In this document: piece by piece, positions 9,154 through 18,929 of the stretch
Numbering within the stretch: position 1 is the first letter of the stretch
Layout: every line of letters begins with the position of its first letter
Assembly (NCBI GenBank): GCA_049700215.1
Contig: JBNAVT010000007.1
Coordinates: 1 to 54,071 of the forward strand
DNA: 54,071 nt
Source of the DNA: Thermoproteota archaeon
GTDB taxonomy: Archaea; Thermoproteota; EX4484-205; JAAOZP01
Reading direction: 5' to 3'
Notes under the pieces: generated by a model
What the model saw: only the letters and a program-made list of their open reading frames with translations
What the model was told of the DNA's origin: nothing
The model's database searches: none
Program-made: the position numbers and the translations under genes

Positions 9154-10000
9154 TCGAGTCATAAGCCTTTTTGAAGAACCATAGTGAAAAAGGCAGCACC
9201 ACTATTGTGAAGAGTATAAGCTTTAAAGTGTTCTCCATTATCATGGGGCTATCTAGCCCCTCACCATTCATCAAGCACCTTCTCAACCCGTCGAGAGAGT
9301 AAGTTAGCGGGAATGCGTTACCAACCCATTTAAGCCAGTCGGGCAGCAAACCCAGAGGGTAGAGGACTCCGGAGAAAAGCTGGGTTAGCCAGGAGAAGGC
9401 CCAGACTATGGGATCACCCTGCTTAAGCTTGAGTATCATTGCAGCCCCTAAGACCCCGATAACCATATGGCTTGCAACCAGCAGGATGGTTAAGACGGAT
9501 GCGGCGATAATCGACCCAGGGTTTAAGACCAGCCTTATTCCCAGGAGTACTCCCATGCCGAGTGAAGCAAGCAGGAAGTAGGAGCCTATTATGAATCTGA
9601 AGGCAGACTCTCCCAAGAGAAAAACCCTGAAGCTCGTGGTTGAGGAAAGTATTGTCTCCATAGTTCCGTTCCACTGCTCCTCCCTTATCGCGTCTGAAAG
9701 GCTTGAGACAGAGGTAAAGACGTAATGCTGCAGAGATATTCCTATGACTGAGAAGGTTAGATAGTCCGCAGCATACCCTGCGTCAATCAACGATTGCGGA
9801 GTGATAATCATCGATACGAAGTAGTATGTTGCTACGAAAGTCAGGGAGCTCAGAATGTCCAGCGTTATCCAGAGCTTATACGTCCACCAGATTTTAAAAT
9901 CCCGAATGATGAAGGCAACGGCCTTTTCAACCGCGCCAACCCTTCCTCGCGGAATGTTTTCCGCCATGTATTTAACAATATCCTCAACCTTCAAACCCAA
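9122..10000 (-). CDS. ABC-2 type transporter permease
   Basis: Multi-TM; EEQWNGTMETIL, FSGVLYP..LP.WL...PLTYSLDGLR. Confidence 0.88.
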   Translation of the reverse strand: MGLKVEDIVKYMAENIPRGRVGAVEKAVAFIIRDFKIWWTYKLWITLDILSSLTFVATYYFVSMIITPQSLIDAGYAADYLTFSVIGISLQHYVFTSVSSLSDAIREEQWNGTMETILSSTTSFRVFLLGESAFRFIIGSYFLLASLGMGVLLGIRLVLNPGSIIAASVLTILLVASHMVIGVLGAAMILKLKQGDPIVWAFSWLTQLFSGVLYPLGLLPDWLKWVGNAFPLTYSLDGLRRCLMNGEGLDSPMIMENTLKLILFTIVVLPFSLWFFKKAYDSTRREGALGQY

Positions 10001-10004
10001 TCAC

Positions 10005-10883
10005 CTAGTAGGATGAAGTGGTTCCATCCCTCCTTATCCTATTATAACCCCATCCCAGCATCTTCAAACCTAATGGGATGAGCACCATGCTGAAAACCCC
10101 CAGAATCACCACGTCGGTCAAAACGTTCACGTCGAGGATTGAGGCGCCGAGTATCAGTACTCTCCTCATGCCGTCCAGGGCATAGGTATATGGAAAGAGC
10201 ATTGATAGAAACTGTACAGTTGGGAAGCGTTTAAGCAGCTCCAACGGGTATAGGACGCCGGCTAGAAACTCGTTGACGGCTGCAAGTATGAAGACTAGCG
10301 GGTCACCCCTCTTGTAAACCATTATTATTCCAGCAGCCACTAATCCTAAGGCTTGGTTTGAAACAAGCATCAACACGAACAGGGTTATGAACAAGAGTAG
10401 CGACTGAGGGGTGAACGAGAGTTTTGCACCAAGCCCATAAACCCCAACGGTGAACACCCCCACCAGGTATATTAGGCTAACCAAGTATCCGCGTGCCGTG
10501 AGACCTATGAAGAATATGAACATGTTTATCGGGGTTACTGCAATAGTTTCAAGAGTCCCTCCTCTTATTTCATGCTGGATCGAGTGGCTCAGCCTCGTTA
10601 AGCATGCCCAAAGATAGTTTGAGGTGGCTACTCCAACTAGGGAGAAGGCGAGATAGCTGGTTCCCCAGCCGCTCTGCGAAAGCCGGACTGGGTCGACCTG
10701 CATGCCTACGAAATAGTACATGACTACTGAGGCAAAGGTGCTTAAAAGATCCATTACGAGCCAAGACTTATAGGCTAACATCATTTTAAGCTGGGCCCAG
10801 ATGACCGCGGAGAGCTGTTTTAAACTAGATTTACTCCGCTTCTCCTCAACCATGAAGAGCTTAAGAATCTCAAGTTTATTCAT
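10005..10883 (-). CDS. ABC-2 type transporter permease (paralog of the adjacent permease)
   Basis: EIRGGTLETI, LAGVLYPLELL, PYTYALDGMRR; C-terminus RRDGTTSSY parallels RREGALGQY. Confidence 0.88.
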   Translation of the reverse strand: MNKLEILKLFMVEEKRSKSSLKQLSAVIWAQLKMMLAYKSWLVMDLLSTFASVVMYYFVGMQVDPVRLSQSGWGTSYLAFSLVGVATSNYLWACLTRLSHSIQHEIRGGTLETIAVTPINMFIFFIGLTARGYLVSLIYLVGVFTVGVYGLGAKLSFTPQSLLLFITLFVLMLVSNQALGLVAAGIIMVYKRGDPLVFILAAVNEFLAGVLYPLELLKRFPTVQFLSMLFPYTYALDGMRRVLILGASILDVNVLTDVVILGVFSMVLIPLGLKMLGWGYNRIRRDGTTSSY

Positions 10884-11854
10884 TTCTCCTCACCAGTCAG
10901 GCTCAGGAAGACTTCTTCAAGACTTGGAAGAGCGATCTGAACCCCTATCGTTCTCAACCTGTTTGAGCTGAACGCTTTAGGGATTTCTGACAACGCTTGC
11001 TCCTCGTCCCTAACCTCAGCCCTGATGACGGTGTGATCCTCCTCTGGCTCAACGCTTATAATCCTCTTCACAACCCCTAGCCCCTCTAAAATCCTAACCG
11101 CCTCTTCAGCGGAGCCTCGGAACCTTACCTCAACACCCATGTACTTCCTAGTTACTTCGCTCAGCCGGAGCGGGGTGTCAACCGCGATAACCCTACCCTT
11201 ATTCATTACAGCTATCCTGTCGCAAAGCCTCTCAGCCTCAAATATGTTGTGAGTCGTGAAGACAATCGTTTTATGAAGCTCCCTGCAGAGAGCCTGCAGC
11301 AGCCTGCGGGTCTCTATTGCTCCAGTAGCGTCAAGCCCAACAGTCGGCTCATCCATCAGCAGTATCGGTGCGTTGGAAAGCAGTGTTCGCGCCAGCATCA
11401 CCCTCATTTTCATGCCTGTTGAGAAATCCTTCACCAGCCTGTCAGCATCCTTGCTTAACTCGAAGAACTCTAGTAATGCATCTATCCTTCTTCTCGCTAC
11501 ATCCGGAGGAATGTTCTGCAGGTAGGCGTAGAACCTTAGGTTGTCTCTTGCCGAAAGCCTCCAGTAGAGGGCTCTCCCACCTGTCTCCCCGTGTAGCCAG
11601 CCTATGCATCCCCTAACCTTCTCAGCATCCTTAGCAACGTCGAAACCAGCCACCCTTGCAGTACCCTCGTCAGGAATAACCAGCGTGCAGAGAATTTTTA
11701 TCAGTGTCGTTTTACCAGCACCGTTTGGACCTAAGAGGCCGAAAAACTCGCCCTCCTTGACGGAAAGGTTTACACGGTCGACTGCAACAATCCTCTCCTT
11801 CCCGTCTCCCTTGAAATACTTAGTCAGATTCTCAGTTTCAACCGCCGTGTCCAA
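10880..11854 (-). CDS. ABC-2 type transporter ATP-binding subunit
   Basis: GPNGAGKTT, FSTGM, LLMDEPTVGLD, FTTH. Confidence 0.92.
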   Translation of the reverse strand: MDTAVETENLTKYFKGDGKERIVAVDRVNLSVKEGEFFGLLGPNGAGKTTLIKILCTLVIPDEGTARVAGFDVAKDAEKVRGCIGWLHGETGGRALYWRLSARDNLRFYAYLQNIPPDVARRRIDALLEFFELSKDADRLVKDFSTGMKMRVMLARTLLSNAPILLMDEPTVGLDATGAIETRRLLQALCRELHKTIVFTTHNIFEAERLCDRIAVMNKGRVIAVDTPLRLSEVTRKYMGVEVRFRGSAEEAVRILEGLGVVKRIISVEPEEDHTVIRAEVRDEEQALSEIPKAFSSNRLRTIGVQIALPSLEEVFLSLTGEEK

Positions 11855-12286
11855 GGTAAATTAGCCTCCAACTGTTTTTTAATAGACCACTTGTAGTGCC
11901 CTTAAAAAACTTTTAGACCAGCATCCAGGTAATACTGGCTTATTGTTTGAATCTCGACAATACGGGAAAATTTTGCATAAACTCCGAAACCCATAGCCGT
12001 GTACGAGTGGTTAAGAATACGGGGAAATGTTGGATGACTTTCTCGCACAGCTCTGAAAGTCTTTTTAAACACTTTTAATTTTTTTAGCAATAAATCTATA
12101 ATTCGCTTACCGACTCACGTCGACTCACGCCTCATTGAACAAGTGTATGTAGTTATTTAAACAGACAGCTAGTCTTGGGGCTTCAGTAGAAACCCGATTA
12201 ATTATCATTCTAAACCACCTACATTTTTGAAAAACTTTAACGTACTAACCTAGTCTTCAACTGGAAAAGACATACGGAGGCCGATA

Positions 12287-12390
12287 AACCGTTATGAACG
12301 GTTGTGAACTATTCTGAACTATATAAGAACGTGTGTGTAAAAAAGTGAAAGAAAGAATAATTGCAAAATTTATAAGATAGGTTTGCAATT
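12287..12390 (+). promoter_or_regulatory. Promoter region with phased TGAAC repeats and an inverted repeat bracketing the TATA box
   Basis: TGAAC at 12295, 12305, 12315; AACCGTT-atg-AACGGTT at 12287-12303; AATTGCAAA (12359-12367) and TTTGCAATT (12382-12390) flank TTTATAA (12369-12375). Confidence 0.5.
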
Positions 12391-12401
12391 GTCTAAATGC
12401 C

Positions 12402-13022
12402 ATGGTGGAAAGAGAGCAGGAGGCTGAAGACGAGAAAACCGACTTCGATAAGATCATAGCTCGCTATAGAATGGCGGTTTCTAAACGAGATATGAAGGAA
12501 GCTGAGGAGAAAAAGCCGGCGCCAGCTGATAGAAGCATTATCACCGAGGTTACTCCGGTCAAGAAGGAGGAACCACTGGCAGCATCTCCAAAGCAGGCTC
12601 CGAGAGACGTTGTAGCGAGCGACGAGGTTGAAAAAATACTTGACGAGAAAGTCTTCGAATGGGTCAAGGTTGTTGAGAGCGCGATACAGAACTGCATCTC
12701 CCAATCCAAGGGATCGATAAGTTCGATAAGCGTCCTGCTTCCAGACGGTATCACGTGTCTAAGCTTCGGCTCACGCATCGACATGGATGAAGATGTTTTA
12801 GCTGCTTTCATAGGCGAGCAGTTTGAACTATTCGAGAGCTACGGCGGTGTTCTGAAGATAGGTGAGATAGAGGAGATCGAGTATACTGGGAAGAACAGCG
12901 TCATCCTGATGAAATCAGGAGGCGGCTTAAGGCTGATGGCTCTTTTGAACGATAAGCGCTACGTTAGGCTGGCCAAGATATACTTGGAGAGAATGCTGAA
13001 AAGCATTCCAAGACTGGAATAA
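12402..13022 (+). CDS. Roadblock/LC7 (MglB-like) domain protein with long charged low-complexity N-terminus
   Basis: C-terminal ~110 aa: ISVLLPDGI...DEDVLAAF...GEIEEIEYTGKNSVILMK...LRLMAL..., typical roadblock pattern; N-terminal E/K/P/A-rich linker. Confidence 0.6.
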   Translation: MVEREQEAEDEKTDFDKIIARYRMAVSKRDMKEAEEKKPAPADRSIITEVTPVKKEEPLAASPKQAPRDVVASDEVEKILDEKVFEWVKVVESAIQNCISQSKGSISSISVLLPDGITCLSFGSRIDMDEDVLAAFIGEQFELFESYGGVLKIGEIEEIEYTGKNSVILMKSGGGLRLMALLNDKRYVRLAKIYLERMLKSIPRLE

Positions 13023-13031
13023 GAAACAAGT

Positions 13032-14231
13032 TTAGAACCCCGCTATCTCATTAAAAGCCTTGCTCATTATTCGCAGCCCATTCCTTATGTTTTCAATCGA
13101 GTTAGCATAGCTTATCCTTACATAGCCTTCTCCGAAGGAGCCCATGGCTGATCCATGAAGCACCGCAACCCCGTATTTTTCAAGCAGGATCGAAGCCAGT
13201 TTCAAACTATTGATCCCAGCCCTATCAGTTATTTCCTTGACGTTGATAAACCCGTAGAAGGCTCCCTTGGGCCTAACCATGTGAGCACCCCTCATTTTAG
13301 AAACCTCTTCAATAACAACCTCTCTCCTAGCAACGTATTGCTCAACCATTTCCCTGACAGCACTAGAGCCGTTTCTCAAAGCCTCTATGCCCCCTATCTG
13401 GATGAAAGAGGAAGGGCATGCCGTAACCAGGTTTAAGACAAGCTGAAGGGGCTCTGTCAAACGCTCCGGTGTAATCACATACCCCAGCCTCCACCCCGTC
13501 ATAGCATAGTGTTTTGAGAAGCCGTCGACCACTATAGTGTTCTCCAGGTTCTCGTCAAACTGCATAGGCGAATAGTGTTTCAAACCATCGTATATTATGT
13601 GCCTGTAGACCTCGTCGCTGATGACGTATGCCCCAGCATCCTTAGCTATCTCAACGATACCTTTAACGTCATCCCTGCTTAAAACCGCCCCAGTAGGGTT
13701 CTCTGGAGAATTTATGATTACCGCCTTAGTCCTGTCTGAAACCAGCTGGTTAACCTCTTCAGGAGTCATTCTAAACTCGCTCTCCTCCCTGAGCCTGACA
13801 GGCACAGGCTTCCCTCCGAAGAACCTGATCCCGCTCTCGTAAGCTGGGTATCCAGGGTTTGGGTAAAGCACCTCGTCACCCTCCTCCACTATCGAGGCTA
13901 ATGCTGCGAAAATCGCTTCCTTGGAGCCCAGCGTCACTGAAACGTTTTTGAAACATGCTTCAACGCCAAAGTCCTGAGCAGTCTTCTCAGCTATCGCCTT
14001 TCTCAGCTCCAGCATACCAGGAGTAGGGGTATAGTGCGTCTCCCCGTCTTTCAACGCCCTTATCGCAGCCTCCCTTATGTTGGCCGGAGTAACGAAATCT
14101 GGCTCCCCTATTTCCAAGTGAATTATTCTCCTGCCCTGTGCCTCAAGCATCTTCGCATTACCCAGCACTATGAAGGAGCTTTCCCCCTCTATCTCTAAAG
14201 CTCTGCGTGCAGCCTTAAGCCTAGGGTTCAA
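13032..14231 (-). CDS. PLP-dependent aminotransferase class I/II (aspartate aminotransferase-like)
   Basis: LEIGEPDF, NSPENPTG, ISDEVY, FSKHYAMTGWRLG (PLP lysine). Confidence 0.93.
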   Translation of the reverse strand: MNPRLKAARRALEIEGESSFIVLGNAKMLEAQGRRIIHLEIGEPDFVTPANIREAAIRALKDGETHYTPTPGMLELRKAIAEKTAQDFGVEACFKNVSVTLGSKEAIFAALASIVEEGDEVLYPNPGYPAYESGIRFFGGKPVPVRLREESEFRMTPEEVNQLVSDRTKAVIINSPENPTGAVLSRDDVKGIVEIAKDAGAYVISDEVYRHIIYDGLKHYSPMQFDENLENTIVVDGFSKHYAMTGWRLGYVITPERLTEPLQLVLNLVTACPSSFIQIGGIEALRNGSSAVREMVEQYVARREVVIEEVSKMRGAHMVRPKGAFYGFINVKEITDRAGINSLKLASILLEKYGVAVLHGSAMGSFGEGYVRISYANSIENIRNGLRIMSKAFNEIAGF

Positions 14232-14509
14232 CTTAACGCCGTCTCCATAAGCAAGGCCTATTTCAACTTTTTCGAATACCTGGGAGGAATATACTTTAAA
14301 GTATAGGAGCTTGCTTCATCGCGGCAGCCAGCATAGAAGGAGGCCTGTTCAGAAGGCTTTTAGGAACAGGGTTAGAACAAGGTTATCGCTGACAGGAAGC
14401 GTGGCTGAACCATATTGTTAAGAGCGCTTAACAGGGGTAGAGCAGGTTCCCTTAAAAGCCCTGTGTGACGGAAAAACTTATCACGCTTATCAATTAAACC
14501 TGTGTTGAA

Positions 14510-14818
14510 ATGGTGGTGGTAGTAGAATTCAGCATAGTGCCGGTTGGAGAGGGAACGAGTATTTCAAGAATCCTTGCCCACGCGATAAAGGAACTTGAAG
14601 AAATCGGGGTTAAATACGAGTTGACTCCTATGTGCACTGTTTTCGAGACCCGCAGCGTCGAGGAGGCTTTTAAAGCAATCGAGGCTGCGCACGAGGCTGT
14701 TTTCAAACACGGAGCTAAGCGTGCTGTAACAATCGTCAAAATAGACGATAGGCGGGATGTGGAGAGAAGCATGAAGGATAAAGTCAAGTCTTTGAAGAAA
14801 GCTGTTGGAAGCTTTTAA
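14510..14818 (+). CDS. MTH1187/YkoF-family thiamine-binding protein
   Basis: FSIVPVGEG.S.S...YELTPMCT.FE...KIDDRRD...M..KV.S. Confidence 0.88.
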   Translation: MVVVVEFSIVPVGEGTSISRILAHAIKELEEIGVKYELTPMCTVFETRSVEEAFKAIEAAHEAVFKHGAKRAVTIVKIDDRRDVERSMKDKVKSLKKAVGSF

Positions 14819-14862
14819 CAATGCTTACCGGAAAAGCTTTTTATTTTAAACCGGCTTACACT

Positions 14863-15837
14863 ATGGGCATGAGTCTGCCCTTGGTGCTGGGCTCTAAGCC
14901 AGCGAGCGAGACGTACGATGTCATAATTATAGGCTCAGGACCCGCCGGTTTAACCTCAGCAATATACACTGGCAGGGCAAGGCTGAAAACACTGGTCGTT
15001 GCAGGCTCGTCGTGGGGTGGACAGTTAATGCTGACGTCTCAAGTCGAGAATTACCCGGGTTTCCCAGAGGGGGTACTTGGACCAGACCTTATGAACAATA
15101 TGCTGAAGCAGGCCCAGCGGTTTGGTGCAGAGATAATTTTCGAGGATGCGGAGAGCGTGGATTTCTTTAAGAAGCCTTTCAAAGTAGTGGCCGGCGGGGT
15201 TGCTTATGAAAGTCGTGCAGTCATAGTCGCCACAGGAGCCTCCCCTAGACAACTCGGCCTAGAGGGTGAAGAAAGATTAAAGGGAAAGGGGGTTTCAAAC
15301 TGCGCTGTATGCGACGGTGCCTTCTTCAAGGATAAGACGGTAGTGGTTGTGGGAGGCGGCGACTCAGCGATGGAGGAAGCGCTTTTCCTAACCAGGTTCG
15401 CGAGGAAAGTCAAGGTTATTCACAGGAGAAGCCAGCTCAGAGCGACGAAGATACTTCAGGAGAGAGCATTCGAAAACCCGAAGATAGAATTCGTCTGGAA
15501 TAGCGTGGTAGAGGAGATTCTGGGAAAGGAGCATGTGGAAGGAGTAAGGATTAGGAGGGTTGACACTGGCGAGGTGTCTGAAATCCAGTGTGACGGGGTT
15601 TTCGTATCCATAGGTTACAAGCCTAACACTGATCTTTTCAAGGGGCAGGTGGAAATGGATGAGAAGGGCTACATAGTTGCTAAAGATTTTACGAAGACTA
15701 GTGTCGAAGGAGTTTTCGTGGCTGGCGAGGCCAAGGACTATCGTTACCGCCAGGCTATTACTGCAGCAGGCGAAGGATGCCAAGCAGCTCTAGACGCTAT
15801 AAGGTACTTGGAAGAGACCGGGCAACGCTCCAAATAG
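14863..15837 (+). CDS. trxB: Thioredoxin-disulfide reductase
   Basis: IIGSGPAG, VENYPG, CAVCDG redox pair, VGGGDSA, HRR, QAITAAG; start at ATG 14863 or 14869. Confidence 0.93.
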   Translation: MGMSLPLVLGSKPASETYDVIIIGSGPAGLTSAIYTGRARLKTLVVAGSSWGGQLMLTSQVENYPGFPEGVLGPDLMNNMLKQAQRFGAEIIFEDAESVDFFKKPFKVVAGGVAYESRAVIVATGASPRQLGLEGEERLKGKGVSNCAVCDGAFFKDKTVVVVGGGDSAMEEALFLTRFARKVKVIHRRSQLRATKILQERAFENPKIEFVWNSVVEEILGKEHVEGVRIRRVDTGEVSEIQCDGVFVSIGYKPNTDLFKGQVEMDEKGYIVAKDFTKTSVEGVFVAGEAKDYRYRQAITAAGEGCQAALDAIRYLEETGQRSK

Positions 15838-15928
15838 ATGGTTCGATTTACAGTCGGCACCTCTATCCCACCCGTCTTCCTCCGAGAAGGGGGAAAAGTT
15901 TAAGCCTGAATGCCCAGCTTAGTTTAGC

Positions 15929-16945
15929 GTGAAGGAGGCTGTTCTCTGGCGTAAGGAAGGGGATAGTTTAAGATGCGACCTGTGTGGCAGACGTTGCGTG
16001 ATAGCAGACGGGGCTTTAGGCGTATGCCTCATAAGGAAGAATATTGGTGGAAAGCTTTACAGCCTGAACTATGGCAGGCTCGTAGCTCTACACGTGGACC
16101 CGATTGAGAAGAAGCCATTGTTCCATTTTATGCCTGGAAGCTTCACTTTCTCAATTGCTAGTGCGGGATGCAACTTTGCATGCAGGTTTTGCGACAACTA
16201 TGACATAAGCCAGGTTTACCGCGACAGGAAGCTGGAGCAGGTTCTCGGCGACGAATATACTCCAGAGGATGTTGTTAACCAGGCTGTATCAGAGTGCTGC
16301 AGGATAATAAGCTACACTTACACCGAGCCAACAATATTCTTCGAGTTCGCCTACGATACTGCTAAGCTCGCCCATGAGAAGGGTGTTAAGAATACTTTCG
16401 TCACTAACGGTTACATGACGCCTGAAGCCGTTAAAATGATTGCGCCCTACCTGGATGCTGCCACCGTTGACTTCAAGTGCTCAGGCGACCCGGAGTGCTA
16501 TAGGAAGATAATGGGTGTTCCAGACGTCAAGCCCATATACGACTCTCTCGTGGAGATGAAGAAGCAGGGAGTCTTCATCGAGATTACGAACCTGGTGATT
16601 CCAGGTTTCGACGACGATTTAAGTGGTTTCAGAAGCCTCGTCAGGTGGGTTAGGGATAATCTCGGCGACGAGACTCCTCTACACATACTCAGGTTCTTCC
16701 CGACGTACAGGTTTTCAGATGTTCCGGATACGCCCTTAGAAAGCCTTAGAAAAGCATACGAAATAGCCAAGCGAGAGGGAATGAAGTTCGTTTACCTGGG
16801 TAACGTGCCCGGTCAGGGCGAGAACACTTACTGTCCGAGTTGTGGAGAGCTTTTGATTGAAAGATTCGGTTTGATGATGAGCCGAAGCAGGCTTAGGGGG
16901 GACAGGTGTCCAAAATGCGGGGCCAGAATACCCCTCGTCGTTTAA
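15929..16945 (+). CDS. amrS: AmmeMemoRadiSam-system radical SAM enzyme (PFL-activase-like)
   Basis: N-terminal CDLC..C...G.C, DPIEKKPLFHF.PG, GCNFACRFCDNY, YTYTEP, VTNGY, C-terminal CPSC/CPKC. Confidence 0.88.
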   Translation: MKEAVLWRKEGDSLRCDLCGRRCVIADGALGVCLIRKNIGGKLYSLNYGRLVALHVDPIEKKPLFHFMPGSFTFSIASAGCNFACRFCDNYDISQVYRDRKLEQVLGDEYTPEDVVNQAVSECCRIISYTYTEPTIFFEFAYDTAKLAHEKGVKNTFVTNGYMTPEAVKMIAPYLDAATVDFKCSGDPECYRKIMGVPDVKPIYDSLVEMKKQGVFIEITNLVIPGFDDDLSGFRSLVRWVRDNLGDETPLHILRFFPTYRFSDVPDTPLESLRKAYEIAKREGMKFVYLGNVPGQGENTYCPSCGELLIERFGLMMSRSRLRGDRCPKCGARIPLVV

Positions 16946-16982
16946 CCGTTAGATGAAAGAATTTAATTACAGGCACCGTGTT

Positions 16983-17615
16983 CTAGCTTCTAGACTCCAA
17001 GAGTTCTTTCACCATCTTCTTCCTCGCCAGCTCTTCTCGTTCAATCTCGTCCAGTTTAGACAATATTTTCTTCTTTTGAGAAACGAGGCTTGGAATAAGG
17101 ACGTGGTCTAACGCCTTAGACCTTCTCTCTATCTTCTTAAGCTCTTTCGCCAGAATCCTCTGCCGAGTTACAAGATTAATGTAAACAACTAGCGTTGTTA
17201 AGAACCTGTGCATTTCCTCTGACGTTCTGTCAAGCTTCTCATTCGTTTCCAAGGGAGAATAACCTCTTTCCTCAACGCTTGGAAGAACCCCCCTATAGGA
17301 TATTTCAGGTATTAGAACCCCCTGAATATTTTCCCATTTGAAATTCACAACGTTCAACCTTATTGTTGCTGCTGCAGCCCTCTTAACCCTGTCTTCACCA
17401 AGTTCTTTCTCAACCTCATCTAAAAAACCGTATATTTTAAGCAAGTCCCGGTTAATATTCAACCCGAGCCTTTTAATCTCGTCTCTCGCCTCAATAAGCT
17501 CCTGGTTCAACATCCGGTATCTCTGCTGCAAGATTTTTGAGCTCCTGAAAGCAACGTCAAGCAACTTGTTCAGTTTTAGCAGCTCATATCTTGTCGGCTT
17601 AAACTTTAAACTCAT
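16983..17615 (-). CDS. atpD: A/V-type ATP synthase subunit D
   Basis: [33 protein letters not shown]; last gene of operon. Confidence 0.88.
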   Translation of the reverse strand: MSLKFKPTRYELLKLNKLLDVAFRSSKILQQRYRMLNQELIEARDEIKRLGLNINRDLLKIYGFLDEVEKELGEDRVKRAAAATIRLNVVNFKWENIQGVLIPEISYRGVLPSVEERGYSPLETNEKLDRTSEEMHRFLTTLVVYINLVTRQRILAKELKKIERRSKALDHVLIPSLVSQKKKILSKLDEIEREELARKKMVKELLESRS

Positions 17616-18928
17616 TTTAATAACGAGAGAACCTCCAAGCCCAAGTTTAAAGTCTCATCTATGCTTCTCTCCTCATATGGCCCCTGGTTGATGAATTTTC
17701 TCTCAAAGCTTTCCGCAAACCTAACGTAGCGCCTTTCCTCAGGAGTTAAAGTCTCTTCTCCAAGTATTACTGAGAGCTCCTTGTTTCTCAAGCCCTCGGC
17801 GTAAGCCGAGAAAAGGCTCGTGTAGATCTCGAAATGATCCGCCCTCGTATATCCTTCACCAACCCCGTCTTTCATAAGTCTAGACAAGGAGGCTAGAGTA
17901 TTTACTGGCGGATAGATGCCTGATAGATGGAGGCTTCTGCTTAACACTATTTGGCCTTCAGTGACATATCCCGTTAAATCTGGGATAGGATGAGTGATAT
18001 CATCGTCTGGCATGGTTAGAACAGGCATCTGCGTTAACGAACCCTTTTTCCCAGAAATCAAACCAGCCCGCTCATAGATGTTTGCCAGATCCGTATACAT
18101 GTATCCCGGATACCCCCTCCTCCCAGGTATTTCACCCCTAGCCAGGCTTATCTCTCTCAGTGCTTCACAATAGTTACTCATATCGCTCATTACAACGAGA
18201 ACATGGTATTCTTTTTCAAACGCAAGGTATTCAGCTATGGTCAGCGCAACCCTCGGCGCAATAATCCTTTCCACAGCCGAGTCGCTCTGAAGATTCAGTA
18301 TGAACACAGTCCTATCAAGCATGCGTGCCCTCTCAAGCTCCATTCTAAAGAAATCGGCTTCCTCGTTCGATATTCCGAGCGCCGAGAAAACAACCGCGAA
18401 AGACTCCTGTTCCCGTAGGAGCCTCGCTTGTCTGAGTATTTGAGACACCAGCAGGTTGTGCGGCAGGCCGTGAGCACTGAAAACAGGCAGCTTCTGCCCC
18501 CTGATTAAGGACATTAAGCCGTCTATTATGGAAACACCGGTTTGAATGAAATCCTTCGGAGGAAGCCGCACGACAGGGTTTATCGGAGCACCGTTAACAT
18601 CAAACTTTTCCCCAGCAACATCAGGCCCACCGTCGATCGCGTTCCCCATGCTGTTCAGAATTCTTCCGAGAAGGTCCTCGCTAACAGGAATCTTTAAAAC
18701 GTCTCCAGTAAACCTGACATAAGACCTTCCGATTGAGATCCCCGCCGTGCCCTGAAAAACCTGTATTACTGCAGCTCTTCCTTCAAGACCTATTACTTGC
18801 CCAATCCTCGTTTCACCGTCAACCTCGATCTCAGCCAACTCGTTTAACTTAATGCCTTGAACATTGTCGACCATTATCAATGGCCCGTTAACCGAAGCAA
18901 TACTCCTATATCTTAAGGATCCAGCCAT
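17612..18928 (-). CDS. atpB: A/V-type ATP synthase subunit B
   Basis: [50 protein letters not shown]. Confidence 0.96.
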   Translation of the reverse strand: MAGSLRYRSIASVNGPLIMVDNVQGIKLNELAEIEVDGETRIGQVIGLEGRAAVIQVFQGTAGISIGRSYVRFTGDVLKIPVSEDLLGRILNSMGNAIDGGPDVAGEKFDVNGAPINPVVRLPPKDFIQTGVSIIDGLMSLIRGQKLPVFSAHGLPHNLLVSQILRQARLLREQESFAVVFSALGISNEEADFFRMELERARMLDRTVFILNLQSDSAVERIIAPRVALTIAEYLAFEKEYHVLVVMSDMSNYCEALREISLARGEIPGRRGYPGYMYTDLANIYERAGLISGKKGSLTQMPVLTMPDDDITHPIPDLTGYVTEGQIVLSRSLHLSGIYPPVNTLASLSRLMKDGVGEGYTRADHFEIYTSLFSAYAEGLRNKELSVILGEETLTPEERRYVRFAESFERKFINQGPYEERSIDETLNLGLEVLSLLK

Positions 18929-18929
18929 G

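Noticed and set aside
12177-12270. ORB-like strings CTTCAGTAGAAAC and CTTCAACTGGAAA in an AT-rich spacer (possible replication origin)
   Set aside because: Only partial matches, no G-string arrangement, no inverted ORB pair around an unwinding element and no cdc6/orc1 gene in the window.
12111-12330. Short direct repeats as a CRISPR array
   Set aside because: Repeats are 5-9 bp with no 30-40 nt spacers, and there are no cas genes.
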